Below are positions 1-13,515 of a stretch of DNA of 64,000 nucleotides, piece after piece. Each line of letters opens with the position of its first letter. Position 1 is the stretch's first letter. Origin of the DNA: Macrostomum hystrix (lineage: Eukaryota; Animalia; Platyhelminthes); contig CATNEN010000038.1 of assembly GCA_950097015.1 (NCBI GenBank), forward strand, positions 25,916,001 through 25,980,000, in the 5' to 3' direction. The notes under the pieces are model-generated. The model was not told the origin of the DNA and ran no database searches. It worked only from the letters and a program-made list of their open reading frames with translations. The position numbers and the translations under genes were made by a program.

Positions 1-298
1 CGATTGCATGTTGGGTAAATTTTATTTATAGGGCAGCATTTTTAAGCGGCGTCTCTGAGAGAGCGCACATTGCTTCCTCTAGTGAATTGTCTTGCTTTTG
101 AAAGACTGCACAATTTATTTTCCCTATAAAATTGAGACTCAAACGCCGACCTCCATCAGTCAAAATAGTGAAAGTCAATGAGAGGGCCTATCCTAATCGA
201 GAAGTTTGGTGTATCAGTCTAAAAGAATTTTAATATTTTATTTTAAAAAAAAAATATAATGCAGATTGCGTGACAGATATTGCTTTTAATATTTACAG

Positions 299-3200
299 AC
301 TGAAAACGCAAACGGGGGATGCGTTTTTATACGGCAGACTAGTGAGTCGAAAAACAAGGCCGAATCTAGCGATGTCAAGTCAATCAAGGCCAGCCTACAA
401 CGACCAAATAAATCTGAAGTTAATTCCAAGCAAGTTTCATCGATGCAAGCTCCAGGCGATACAAAAGCCGAAGTCCCTTTGTTGGAAAACTTTGTTAAAC
501 GAGGAAAATCAATCGATAATCACCTGCTTAATCAAGGCTGCTCAACTAGCATTGGTTATAACCAAGGCAGCTGCATTTATAATTATGCCAATATGCTGCA
601 AGGCGAAGCTACAATGGCAAATCACGAAATTTTGAATAGCTGCGCCTCTAACGCAAGCACCAGACTGGATGAGTGCCGACAATACCGGACAACCCCTTCA
701 ATTCGCCGCACTATGTGCCAGCAGGCGCCACTGATCTCAAAGCTGCAGTGTCCAAACAATGGATTTCGACTCACTCATTCGGGCCATAATGATGCCAGTA
801 GGAGTTCAATTTTAAAGCTGAGACGAGTCGAACGGCTCGGACAATCGCGACGTCGTGACAAAGACGCTAGCCAGGCTGAATTAAAAATAGTATTCGATTA
901 TGATTCCTCACAGTGGCCACTGTGCTACGTTTTAGAGCGAGGAGCTGAATCATCCACAGAGAGCATCGCAGCAGACGATAACTGCAAGGCGCGATCTAGT
1001 TACAGAACTCGGTACGAATCAGATGACGGGGCCTGTGATGCTAGTTGGAAGCAGGATGATAGTTGCTTACCGAATCGCGGTTGCTACTGTTACTACTCGT
1101 GCTGCAGGCGTTCTTATTCCGTGTCGCAGGAAAAACAAAACAAACGTTTTAGGAGAATACGTACAATAGGCCGACGAAAAGTGAACTACATTACATCGAA
1201 CTGCCAAACGAGCTGGAGTAAGTTATTATTGCGTTCTTTCTGTAAATTTAAATATAGCGCGGATATAATCAGAAGAATATCAAAGCAAATTAAACCTTTT
1301 TTACTCCCAACTATTATTATTTTCTTGCAGATAAAATTACATCGACGGGCAGTGTTAGATGTGCAAAGCCAACAACGGATTGGGCCCCGAACATAAAGCT
1401 GTCACGCCAAAGCTATCAGGATGATTTTTATGCAAGCTGCTATAGTCGAGATGACAATGTGCCAGACGCCCATTTCTGTTGGTCGTCAGGCAGGACTGAA
1501 TCTAGGCGTCCAAGAAAACAACAAGCGCATGACAGGCAGGATGATGACAGCAGATTTAGGCAGGATGGAATCATCTTTGGAAGCAGGCAATCGGGCGACT
1601 TTGATGCTTCCTGGTACCAGCCGCAGCAACAGACCCAATGCCAAAATTTCCCACAGCAACAGCAGGTGGGCCCCGAAATATATTCTCGACAAGACGCCAA
1701 CGCGACAAGAGAGAACCGGAAAATTGTAGACAGAACGTGTGACGAGGGAGGAGCATTTGGTTCCGGACAAGAAAGCGGCAAGTTAAAAAGCTATTTAAGA
1801 AGAATTGCTGACCCTATCCAACAGGCGCATACTTGCGCTGGCAAGGAGAATAAAAGTAGTTTAGAAGACCCAGCCAGTAGAAGATACAAACTCGATCAAA
1901 ATGGCGCGAGTAAGATGAAAAGCGACGGAGTTTCAAATATGCGGGCCTGGCGTGGCATGTGGCCCGGCAAGGTCAACACGAAACAGCGCCGTGACAGAGT
2001 CAGTGAATACGGAGCCAAGTTCAGTGCGTCCAGTCGCGTCAGGAGGCTACCCAGCGATGAAGAAGTCAAAGTTAAAAGAAAAGATATTTCCAGCAAAATT
2101 TCGATCGATCATTTAAAGGTTTTGAAAGACGCATCAAGAGACGCATTACCAAGTGAATTGGCGGATCATTCTAGAGCTCAGGTGCTAAGTGACGCTAACA
2201 AAACTGATGGCGAAGCAACAAAAAGTGGTCATATTGACTTCGGTCAAAAAAATCAAGGACGATTGCCAGCTGCACTTGAGAAAACTTCAGACAAGACGCT
2301 TGGCTCATTGGGAAATCAGGATGTGAGAAAACCTAAAAGATCAGAATTGAAAAATGAAAAAAAAACAGGCTACGAACCAAGCGCCTCAGCTCCACGGAAT
2401 AACAAACATTCAGGGTTCGGAATCAAAGACGAGAAAGAAAGAATTCACGACCTGCCGGTAGTTGCAAGCTCTATGCGAAATCCAGAGAGGGATCCTGGTC
2501 TCAATTCTTTACCAACAGCTCGAGAGGAAATCTGGAAATCACAGGTTGTTATTCCGACGTCCGGGGAGGGACAGACAGAAAAGAAGGCACTTTTAAAAAT
2601 GCAAACTCAAGAACCAAGTTATGAACGAAAATACTCTCAACAAAGCACGCGTTTCGAGGATGTTAAGCAAACTGCTGAGAGCCAAGCTCATAAGGAACCT
2701 GCGCTCAAAATAGATAAACAAATGATGAGCTTCCACGACAAGCAGAAACCTGCAGACAGCCAAGCTCATGAAGATCCTGCGCTCAAGTTACCCGAACAAA
2801 GACTGAACTTCAATGAGAAGAAGCAACATGCTAAACACCAAGCTGATGAACAACCTGCGCTTAAGTTACCGGAACAAAAACTTAATTTCCATGACGAGCA
2901 GCAACATGCTGACAGCGAAGCTCATAAAGAACCTGCGCTCAAGTTACCCGAACAAAGACTGAGCTTCCATGAGGAGAAGCAATTACCTACTGACAGCCAA
3001 GCTCATAAAGAACCTGCGCTCAAGTTACACGAACAAAGACTGAGCTTCCATGAGGAGAAGCAATTACCTACTGACAGTCAAGCTCATAAAGAACCTGCGC
3101 TCAAGTTACACGAACAAAGACTGAGCTTCCATCAGGAGAAGCAATTACTTACTGACAGCCAAGCTCATAAAGAACCTGCGCTCAAGTTACACGAACGAAG

Positions 3201-6200
3201 ACTGAGCTTCCATCAGGAGAAGCAATTACCTACTGACAGCCAAGCTCATAAAGGACCTGCGCTCAAGTTACCCGAAAAAAGACTGAGCTTACAAGACAAG
3301 CAGCAACCTGTTCACAGCCGAGCTCATGAAGAACCTGCGCTGAAGTTACCCGAACAAAGACTGAGCTTCAATGAGGAGAAGCAACATGCTAAACACCAAG
3401 CTGATGAACAACCTGCGCTCAAAATAGATAAACAAATGATGAGCTTCCATGACAAGCAGAAACCTGCAGACAGCCAAGCTCATGAAGATCCTGCGCTCAA
3501 GTTACCCGAACAAAGACTGAACTTCAATGAGGAGAAGCAACATGCTAAACACCAAGCTGATGAACAACCTGCGCTCAAAATAGATAAACAAATGATGAGC
3601 TTCCATGACAAGCAGAAACCTGCAGACAGCCAAGCTCATGAAGATCCTGCGCTCAAGTTACCCGAACAAAGACTGAACTTCAATGAGGAGAAGCAACATG
3701 CTAAACACCAAGCTGATGAACAACCTGCGCTCAAAATAGATAAACAAATGATGAACTTCCATGACAAGCAGCAACATGCTGACAGCGAAGCTCATAAAGA
3801 ACCTGCGCTCAAGTTACCCGAACAAAGACTGAGCTTCCATGAGGAGAAGCAATTACCTACTGACAGCCAAGCTCATGAAGAACCTGCGCTAAAGTTAGAT
3901 GAGCAAAGACAGATCTTCCATGACGAGCACCAACTTGCTGATCGACAAGCTGATGAAGACCCAGCGCTCAAGTTACCTGAACAAAGACTCAGCTTCCATG
4001 CCGAGCAGAAACCGGCTGACAGCCTAGCTCACGAAAAATCTGCGCTCAAGTTAACCGAACAAACACCGAGCTTCCATGACGAGCAGCAACCTGTTGACAG
4101 CCGAGCTCATGAAGAACCTGCGCTGAAGTTACCCGAACAAAGACTGAGTTTACAAGACGAGCAGCAACCGGCTGACAGCCGCACTGATGAAGAACCTGCG
4201 CTAAAGTTAGATGAGCATAGACAGAGCTTCCATGACGAGCAGCGACTTGCTGATCGACAAGCTGATGAAGACCCAGCGCTCAAGTTAACCGACCAAACAC
4301 CGAGCTTCCATGACGAGCAGCAACCTGTTGACAGCCGAGCTCATGAAGAATCTGCCCTGAAGTTACCTGAACAAAGACTGAGCTTACAAGACGAGCAGCA
4401 ACCGGCTGAAAGCCGCGCTGATGAAGAACCTGCGCTAAAGTTAGATGAGCATAGACAGAGCTTCCATGACGAGCAGCAACTTGCTGATCGACAAGCTGAT
4501 GAAGAAACAGCGCTCAAGTTACCTGAACAAAGACTCAGCTTCCATGCCGAGCAGAAACCGGCTGACAGCCAAGCTCACGAAAAATCTGCGCTTAAGTTAT
4601 CCGACCAAACACCGAGCTTCCATGACGAGCAGCAACCGGCTGACAGCAAAGCTCATGAAGAACCTGCGCTCAAGTTAACCGATCAAACACCGAGCTTCCA
4701 TGACGAGCAGCAACCTGTTGACAGCCGAGCTCATGAAGAACCTGCGCTGAAGTTACCCGAACAAAGACTGAGCTTACAAGACGAGCAGCAACCGGCTGAA
4801 AGCCGCGCTGATGAAGAACCTGCGCTAAAGTTAGATGAGCATAGACAGAGCTTCCATGACGAGCAGCAACTTGCTGATCGACAAGCTGATGAAGAAACAG
4901 CGCTCAAGTTACCTGAACAAAGACTCAGCTTCCATGCCGAGCAGAAACCGGCTGACAGCCAAGCTCACGAAAAATCTGCGCTTAAGTTATCCGACCAAAC
5001 ACCGAGCTTCCATGACGAGCAGCAACCGCCTGACAGCAAAGCTGATGAAGAACCTGCGCTCAAGTTAACCGAACAAAGACAGAGCTTCCATGACGAGCAG
5101 CAAACAGAGGAAAGCAAAGCTCGTGAAGAACCAGCGCTCAAATTAGAGGAACAAAGACTGAGCTCCGATGAGGAGAAGAAACCGGCTGACGGCCAAGCTC
5201 ATGAAGAACCTGCGCTCAAGTTAGATGGACAAAGAGTGAGCTTACATGGAGCGAAGCAACTGGCTGACGGCCAAACTGATGAAGAACCAGAGCTTAGGTT
5301 TCCAGAACAAAGACTGAGCTCACATGAGAAGCAGCAACCTGCTTTCAGCCGAGCTCAGGAAGAACCCGCGCTCAAGTTACCCGAGCAAAGACTGAGCTTC
5401 AATCAGAAGCAGCAACCTGTTGACCGACAAGCTGATGAAGAACCTGCGCGTAAGTTACTTGAACTTGCCTACTTTGCATTGCAAAACAAGCCGGAAGAAG
5501 CAGTTATCAATAGGTATACTCAGCCATCTCTGAAAGTCTCAACCGATTACCAAGGTGGATTCCCATGTGGTTTAATATCACCTGATATTCTCATTGAGTC
5601 TGCGCCTAAACCAAACCAACCTGAACCGGAACTGTTAAGAAAAGGAGAGCGCCCAAATGAGCCCGATTATTCGCCTGATAAGCGAAAACTATTAGCAAAA
5701 AAATACAAACGCAAAGAGCAGACTCAGGGCCCAGTGCTCGATGCAGGACAACCGAATGGCATCACGGCAACAACAGACGGCGAACCCCGTTGGCGAACCA
5801 CGTCGCCCAAGAAAATTTTAGAAGACACTTTTACTAAGACTAAAGATGAAATTTGTGACAGTCCTGTAGAGAGACGCGCTTCGGGAGCGAGCCAACACTC
5901 TGGCCGGATAGAGGCTGCAACTATGCCGGTTGAAAGCAAGCTCAAAGATGATTCACCTCCAGGGTCGCCAGATAACACAGATTCGATTGCTAAAGACAGC
6001 AAGAAACATCATACGTCCAGCAGTGATAGTAGGATAGATGACAAACGAGCTAGTTCTGCACAAGAAGCTGCAAGATCAGAGAAGTTGTTCGATGCTAGAA
6101 ACAGACCAAAAAGTTTTACAACAGGATCCAAAGTAGCTGATCTTTCGCTTCTAACTAAAATTCAACGCAAGAAGGATCACTTGCCTGTCCTCGAAAGTAA

Positions 6201-9200
6201 ATTACCAAACAGTTCGGACCCCCAAAAGCCTCCAATGAAAGCAGAAAAAAAGGCTGCGATTTGCAACGAAATTTTACCATCAAAGTACATTAAAATGGAG
6301 CTTAGAACTGATACTTCACCTAAAGATGAAGGCAATCATGAGCAAACAGAAAGTTCTAAGCACATTGTTACGCTCTCAAAAGAGTCTACAAGCAGCGAGG
6401 GAGTTATCACAGAAGCCGAGAGTATAGCCGGATTTTCGCCTGAATCAGGAAGACACATTTTTCAAACTTCGGATAATGATACAAAGACTTCGCCTCCGAC
6501 TGAACAGAATCCAAAAACTGAAATGAAAATAGGAGCAGCTGACAGTGGCGTTTTGCAGTCGAAGTACAGTAAAAAAGAGCTCAGAACTGATGCTTCACCC
6601 AAGGCTAGAGACATACACGATCGAAGAGAAAGTTCTAAGCACATTATTACGCTCTCAAAAGAGTCTACAAGCAGCGAGGGAGTTATCACAGAAGCCGAGA
6701 GTATAGCCGGATTTTCACCTGAATCAGGGAGACACATTTCGCAAACTTCGGATAATGATACAAAGACTTCGCCTCCGACTGAACAGAATCCAAAGACTTT
6801 ATTCCAATTAGGACCAGTTCAAGGTGAACTTGCACCATCAATGTACAGTGAAAGTAAAAGTTCTAAGCACATTATTACGCTCTCAGAAGAGTCTACAAGC
6901 AGCGAGGGAGTTATCATAGAAGCCGAGAGTATAGCCGGATTTTCGCCTGAATCAGGGAGACTCATTTCTCAAACTTCGGATAATGATACAAAGACTTCGC
7001 CTCCAACTGAACAGAATCCAAAGACTTCAGTGCAATTAGGACCAGTTCAAGGTGAACTTGCACCATCAATGTACAGTAAAAAGGAGCTTAGAACTGATAC
7101 TTCACCTAAAGATAAAGGCAATCATGAGCAAACAGAGAGTTTTGAGCACATTATTACGCTCTCAGAAGAATCTAGCGAGGGAGTTATCACAGAAGCCGAG
7201 AGTATAGCCGGATTTTCGCCTGAATCAGGGAGACTCATTTCTCAAACTTCGGATAATGATACAAAGACTTCGCCTCCGAGTGAACAGAATCCAAAAACTG
7301 AAATGAAAATAGGAGCAGCTGACAGTGGCGTTTTGCTGTCAAAGTACAGTAAAAAAGAGCTCAGAACTGATGCTTCACCCGAGGCTAGAGACATACACGA
7401 TCGAAGAGAAAGTTCTGAGCACATTGTTACGCTCTCAGAAGAATCTAGCGAGGGAGTTATCACAGAAGCCGAGAGTATAGCCGGATTTTCGCCTGAATCA
7501 GGGAGACTCATTTCTCAAACTTCGGATAATGATACAAAGACTTCGCCTCCGAGTGAACAGAATCCAAAAACTGAAATGAAAATAGGAGCAGCTGACAGTG
7601 GCGTTTTGCTGTCAAAGTACAGTAAAAAAGAGCTCAGAACTGATGCTTCACCCGAGGCTAGAGACATACACGATCGAAGAGAAAGTTCTGAGCACATTGT
7701 TACGCTCTCAGAAGAATCTAGCGAGGGAGTTATCACAGAAGCCGAGAGTATAGCCGGATTTTCGCCTGAATCAGGAAGACACATTTCGCAAACTTCGGAT
7801 AATGATACAAAGACTTCGCCTCCGAGTGAACAGAATCCAAAAACTGAAATGAAAATAGGAGCAGCTGACAGTGGTGTTTTGCTGTCAAAGTACAGTAAAA
7901 AAGAGCTCAGAACTGATACTTCACCCGAGGCTAGAGACATACACGATCGAAGAGAAAGTTCTAAGCACATTTTTACGCTCTCAGAAGAATCTAGCGAGGG
8001 AGTTATCACAGAAGCCGAGAGTATAGCCGGATTTTCGCCTGAATCAGGGAGACTCATTTCTCAAACTTCGGATAATGATACAAAGACTTCGCCTCCGAGT
8101 GAACAGAATCCAAAAACTGAAATAAAAATAGGAGCAGCTGACAGTGGCGTTTTGCTGTCAAAGTACAGTAAAAAAGAGCTCAGAACTGATGCTTCACCCG
8201 AGGCTAGAGACATACACGATCGAAGAGAAAGTTCTGAGCACATTGTTACGCTCTCAGAAGAATCTAGCGAGGGAGTTATCACAGAAGCCGAGAGTATAGC
8301 CGGATTTTCGCCTGAATCAGGAAGACACATTTCGCAAACTTCGGATAATGATACAAAGACTTCGCCTCCGAGTGAACAGAATCCAAAAACTGAAATGAAA
8401 ATAGGAGCAGCTGACAGTGGTGTTTTGCTGTCAAAGTACAGTAAAAAAGAGCTCAGAACTGATACTTCACCCGAGGCTAGGGACATACACGATCGAAGAG
8501 AAAGTTCTAAGCACATTTTTACGCTCTCAGAAGAATCTAGCGAGGGAGTTATCACAGAAGCCGAGAGTATAGCCGGATTTTCGCCTGAATCAGGGAGACT
8601 CATTTCTCAAACTTCGGATAATGATACAAAGACTTCGCCTCCGAGTGAACAGAATCCAAAAACTGAAATGAAAATAGGAGCAGCTGACAGTGGCGTTTTG
8701 CTGTCAAAGTACAGTAAAAAAGAGCTCAGAACTGATGCTTCACCCGAGGCTAGAGACATACACGATCGAAGAGAAAGTTCTGAGCACATTGTTACGCTCT
8801 CAGAAGAATCTAGCGAGGGAGTTATCACAGAAGCCGAGAGTATAGCCGGATTTTCGCCTGAATCAGGAAGACACATTTCGCAAACTTCGGATAATGATAC
8901 AAAGACTTCGCCTCCGAGTGAACAGAATCCAAAAACTGAAATGAAAATAGGAGCAGCTGACAGTGGTGTTTTGCTGTCAAAGTACAGTAAAAAAGAGCTC
9001 AGAACTGATACTTCACCCGAGGCTAGAGACATACACGATCGAAGAGAAAGTTCTAAGCACATTATTACGCTCTCAGAAGAATCTAGCGAGGGAGTTATCA
9101 CAGAAGCCGAGAGTATAGCCGGATTTTCGCCTGAATCAGGGAGACTCATTTCTCAAACTTCGGATAATGATACAAAGACTTCGCCTCCGAGTGAACAGAA

Positions 9201-11876
9201 TCCAAAAACTGAAATGAAAATAGGAGCAGCTGACGGTCGCGTTTTGCAATCAAAGTACAGTAAAAAAGAGCTCAGAACTGATGCTTCACCCGAGGCTAGA
9301 GACATACACGATCGAAGAGAAAGTTCTGAGCACATTGTTACGCTCTCAGAAGAGTCTACAAGCAGCGAGGGAGTTATCACAGAAGCCGAGAGTATAGCCG
9401 GATTTTCACCTGAATCAGGGAGACTCATTTCTCAAACTTCGGATAATGATACAAAGACTTCGCCTCCGACTGAACAGAATCCTAAAACCGAAAAGCAAAC
9501 AGAAAGTTCTCAGCGCTTGGCCGCTCGATCGAAGGAATCTTTAAGCAGTTATATAATGATGATTGAAGCCGAGAGTGTTCCATCTTTTTCACCTGAATCC
9601 GACAGTCAACTTTTGCATACTTCGGATGAATGTTTAAAGACTTCGGCTAGGACTAAAACGAATGATGAGACCAAAAATCGACTCGGAGCTGTTGGTAGCA
9701 AAGTTGCATCGTTGATGTACAGCAAAAGTAAAGGCAGAGCTGATCCTTCCCGTGAGGGCTCAAGAAGCAAAAGTGATCAGACAATATGGTGTGAGAACGT
9801 TATTGTTCTCTCAGAAGAGTTTACAAGCAGCGAAGGCCAAAGAGAATCAGAAAAATCTGAGAGTGAATTTTTGCAACGATTGGTTGACGAGTCAAATACT
9901 TTGCCATCAGATTTCGTGCCGTCAGAAATGTCAACAAGCAGCGATGATGTTATTAACGAAGCCGTGATGGTACTAGGTTTATCTCCTAAATCTGAATTAC
10001 AAGTTTCAGAAGGGTTTAATGACGCTTTTGAGAACTCGCGATGCAAAAGTGAACCCTCGGGCGTGTTGCCGTGCAGAAATTTAGTTAAAATCGAAGCTGG
10101 AAACAAACCAGATTTAACGCTAAAATTGTGGAACGTATGCTCTGAAAGCTCGAGGGAGAATTCTAAGACTTTATCATCTGATGGTGAGCATTCTGACGTT
10201 TCTTCAACCATCGATAAGGTTATCGTCGAAGCTGGAAATTATCCAAGTTTATATTTAAATGATGTGAGTAAATGCTTAGAAAAATCTCATGATGATTTAA
10301 AGACTTCTTCACGGAACAAAAGACAAGCCAAGACGTCAAAGGCTTTATCGTCAATTAAAATAGAAAAAGAGCTGAACACTGATCTTCAAGACAAGAATGG
10401 AGTTATACACAAACGAACGTCACACCATAGAGCTAAACTTTCGAAGGTGTCCTCAAGTCGAGGCGAAATTCTCACCAAAGGTTTGTCACATGAAGCTGCA
10501 GAAAATGCATTTCCGCAAATCTCTTACGTCGATGCAGAGGGATCTTCTCTGGTCAAAGCGGATGGGGGGAAGTCAAAGTCGGGAATAGTTGAAGAGGCTC
10601 AGAAAGGGGCTCAAGCTCATTCAGCCACGCAAGAGCGCACCGAACAGGCATCGTCTGCAGACTCCAACCAGATGCCTGAAATGAAGCCGTCGAAATCACA
10701 GAAAGTTCGACCAGAAGTCAACTGGAAAGAGCGAGGGAAGCCAGGTGCCGTTAACCAGACAGGTGGAGCGCCTAATCTAGCTAAGCCACCAAGCAGCAGT
10801 AGCCGGCCTGTACTGCACATCGTCACCGATGCATTAAGTTGTACACATCAGCCCATCCAGCATCAAAAGCCAACAGAAAGTACTGTTATTGAATCTACTA
10901 GGCAGATCAGTTTTTTAAACTCCGTCAGGTAACAATTGTTTTTTTTTGCCTATGGTAGTTCAGACTACTTTAACTGTACCCTTATCGAAAAAGGAGAATT
11001 AAAAAGTAACTATTCAGATAGCTAATTTATAGTATTTGCAGCATACTAACCTGCGTATACAGGGGGAGAAAGGCAGCGGTTAACGAGTTTACCTCTCACA
11101 TCGAGGTCCCTGAGCTCGATTCCGCGGCGAGGCCACATTCAGTTGGGACGCAGCCCCAACTGAATGAGGAGTGAGGTGTTCTGGCTAATCGTGCAATATG
11201 CGCCCTTGAGGGCCAACCTCCTAGGCAAAGTGAAAGTGTGCACTGCCTGGCGACGAGAAAGTCAGGGCAGAAGTACACACAACTGTGCGTGCCTGTGCCA
11301 GCGTACAGTATCTGAGTGCGTGTTTGCTCAGGAGTCGGCGAAATGGACGGAATTGCCCCCTCGCTGGCTGCGGGTCTGTGTCACCATATAATGTGCCCTT
11401 TCCCGCAGCCCTCATGCAACTATTATAACCTATGTATACCTCGAAACACTGTTTCGTTGCATTAGTGCATTGCACATTTTCAATGCACATCGAACTGCCC
11501 AGGTGGTCTCAAAGCTTGACAACAGCGACGGCGAATCAAATGTCAGCCCGGGCAATCATTCGAATCCCGTATTTGCGTCAGCGTCAATCACTGCAGCCCA
11601 CTCTGCACCAGCGAGTGGATCAGGACTTGACTGCATGGCCAATGTTGTTCACAAAAAGGACCGAGTTCGCCATAGCCGAGCAATTAATAGTTAACGAAGA
11701 CGACAGTCGATCGTGCAGCAGCGATCGCTGTCTTGAGCTAGAATCGGTCATTGTCTCTAAAGCCAAAAGTTGCAATGCAAACTCTGGTGAAGCAGCGACA
11801 ATGAATATCTGTGGGATTCGCTCAAGGCGGCCATTCAGTCACGCAGTGTGCCACGTGGTATCCACTGCCATAGACT

Positions 11877-11909
<33 letters not shown>

Positions 11910-12079
11910 GCAGCAGCGGCAGCAGCAGCAGCAGCGACTCCAGTAGCGATGATGAAGACAATGTCTCACTTGCTACATGTACTGAAAGGACTTCACAAAA
12001 TCTAGAGCTGCGCCGAATCGAATGGAGCCCTGCAGGAACGTCTTCAAGCTCAGAGTATGAGCCGAACTCCCCCAGCTAA
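299..12079 (+). CDS. Giant low-complexity tandem-repeat protein (>=3,697 aa). Exons 299-1217, 1331-10928 and 11503-12079; the first coding exon is probably further upstream (candidate 178-210)
   Basis: Acceptor tttacag|298, donor GTAAGT at 1218, acceptor tttcttgcag|1330, donor GTAACA at 10929 and acceptor cccag|11502. These join ORFs 443-1396, 1459-10932 and 11432-12079 in one frame (11,094 nt). No recognisable globular domain. Confidence 0.75.
2670..5460 (+). repeat. Coding tandem repeat, 78-bp (26-aa, some 27-aa) unit EPALKLPEQRLSFHDEQQPADSQAHE, ~35 copies
   Basis: gcgctcaa recurs every 78/81 nt. Higher-order blocks of 156 and 390 bp (identical ORFs at 4445 and 4835). Confidence 0.95.
6280..9500 (+). 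repeat. Coding tandem repeat, 273-bp (91-aa) unit containing EGVITEAESIAGFSPESGR, 12 copies with a 546-bp higher-order dimer
   Basis: The motif recurs at ~6397, 6673, 6904, 7177, 7450, 7723, 7996, 8269, 8542, 8815, 9088 and 9367. Degenerate copies follow downstream. Confidence 0.95.
11062..11425 (+). mobile_element. tRNA-derived SINE, family A (diverged copy, intronic)
   Basis: B-box-like GAGCTCGATTCC and shared body motifs GCCCTTGAGGGCCAACCT and GAGAAAGTCAGGGCAG, as in the copies at 21.3, 45.7, 57.0, 61.8 and 63.3 kb. Confidence 0.8.
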
Positions 12080-12509
12080 GAGCAGGAGTCGTCGTCCGGT
12101 TGTCCGGTTTGTCTCTGTCTGTAATTAATAGACGAATTCGCGGAACTCCAACTGACTGGCTGTTCAGACGACCACTGCATGATACCAAAGCGAAAGCCAG
12201 CGAAGTTAATTTGTTGATAGGGAAACTGCTTGCCCTTCAATTTTTTAGTTTGGAATATCCAAGTTCGATATTTCGAGTGTTTTTCGTGAAAGGACGAGTT
12301 TTAGTTATGCAACTGAACAATGGTGCAAAGTTTTTTTCATTTCAGTTTTTGTTGCCTTTTTCAAAAGTAAAGGCAATCGCACCTGTCAAGTTGAACTAAT
12401 TGTAATTGCTTTCAATTCATTCCTTTAATCATGACTTGATTGAGTTAAAGTGCCGTTAATCAATTCGATGATTCTAAAAATTTCTCACACAGCTATAAGA
12501 CTGCAGTAG

Positions 12510-13515
12510 CAGTTCGAGTAGTGACAGTTGAAGCCTGGTAGATTCTCTGGTAGATTCTCAAGCTCACAGGCTACTCGAGTAGTGATAGTTGAAGTCTGAT
12601 AGATTCTCTGGTAGATTATCAAGGGATTCGACAGTCTGGTAGATGTTCAAGCTCACAGGCTACTCGAGTAGTGATAGTTGAAGTCTGATAGATTCTCTGG
12701 TAGATTATCAAGCTCACAGGCTACTCGAGTAGTGATAGTTGAAGTCTGATAGATTCTCTGGTAGATTCTCAAGCTCACAGGCTACTCGAGTAGTGATAGT
12801 TGAAGTCTGATAGATTCTCTGGTAGATTATCAAGGGATTCGACAGTCTGGTAGATGTTCAAGCTCACAGGCTACTCGAGTAGTGATAGTTGAAGTCTGAT
12901 AGATTCTCTGGTAGATTATCAAGCTCACAGGCTACTCGAGTAGTGATAGTTGAAGTCTGATAGATTCTCTGGTAGATTCTCAAGCTCACAGGCTACTCGA
13001 GTAGTGATAGTTGAAGTCTGATAGATTCTCTGGTAGATTCTCAAGCTCACAGGCTACTCGAGTAGTGATAGTTGAAGTCTGATAGATTCTCTGGTGGATT
13101 ATCAAGGGATTCGACAGTCTGGTAGATGTTCAAGCTCACAGGCTACTCGAGTAGTGATAGTTGAAGTGTGATAGATTCTCTGGTAGATTATCAAGCTCAC
13201 AGGCTACTCGAGTAGTGATAGTTGAAGTCTGATAGATTCTCTGGTAGATTCTCAAGCTCACAGGCTACTCGAGTAGTGATAGTTGAAGTCTGATAGATTC
13301 TCTGGTAGATTCTCAAGCTCACAGGCTACTCGAGTAGTGATAGTTGAAGTCTGATAGATTCTCTGGTAGATTATCAAGGGATTCGACAGTCTGGTAGATG
13401 TTCAAGCTCACAGACTACTCGAGTAGTGACAGCCGAGTAGTGACAGTTGAAGTCTGGTAGATGCTCACAGACTGCTCGAGTAGTGACACACGAAGCCTGA
13501 TAGATTTTCAAGCTC
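12510..13515 (+). repeat. Minisatellite, 61-bp unit with periodic 89-bp variants (28-bp insert)
   Basis: Unit aagctcacaggctactcgagtagtgatagttgaagtctgatagattctctggtagattctc; spacing 89,61,61,89,61,61,61,89,61,61,61,89. Confidence 0.95.

Noticed and set aside
6462-10211. Antisense ORFs in the 273-bp repeat region
   Set aside because: Shadows of the sense coding repeat.
1459-10932. Assignment of the giant protein to known flatworm adhesive proteins, mucins or titin
   Set aside because: No signal peptide and no vWD, C-type lectin, TSP or Ig domains or Lys/Arg-rich repeats are visible.
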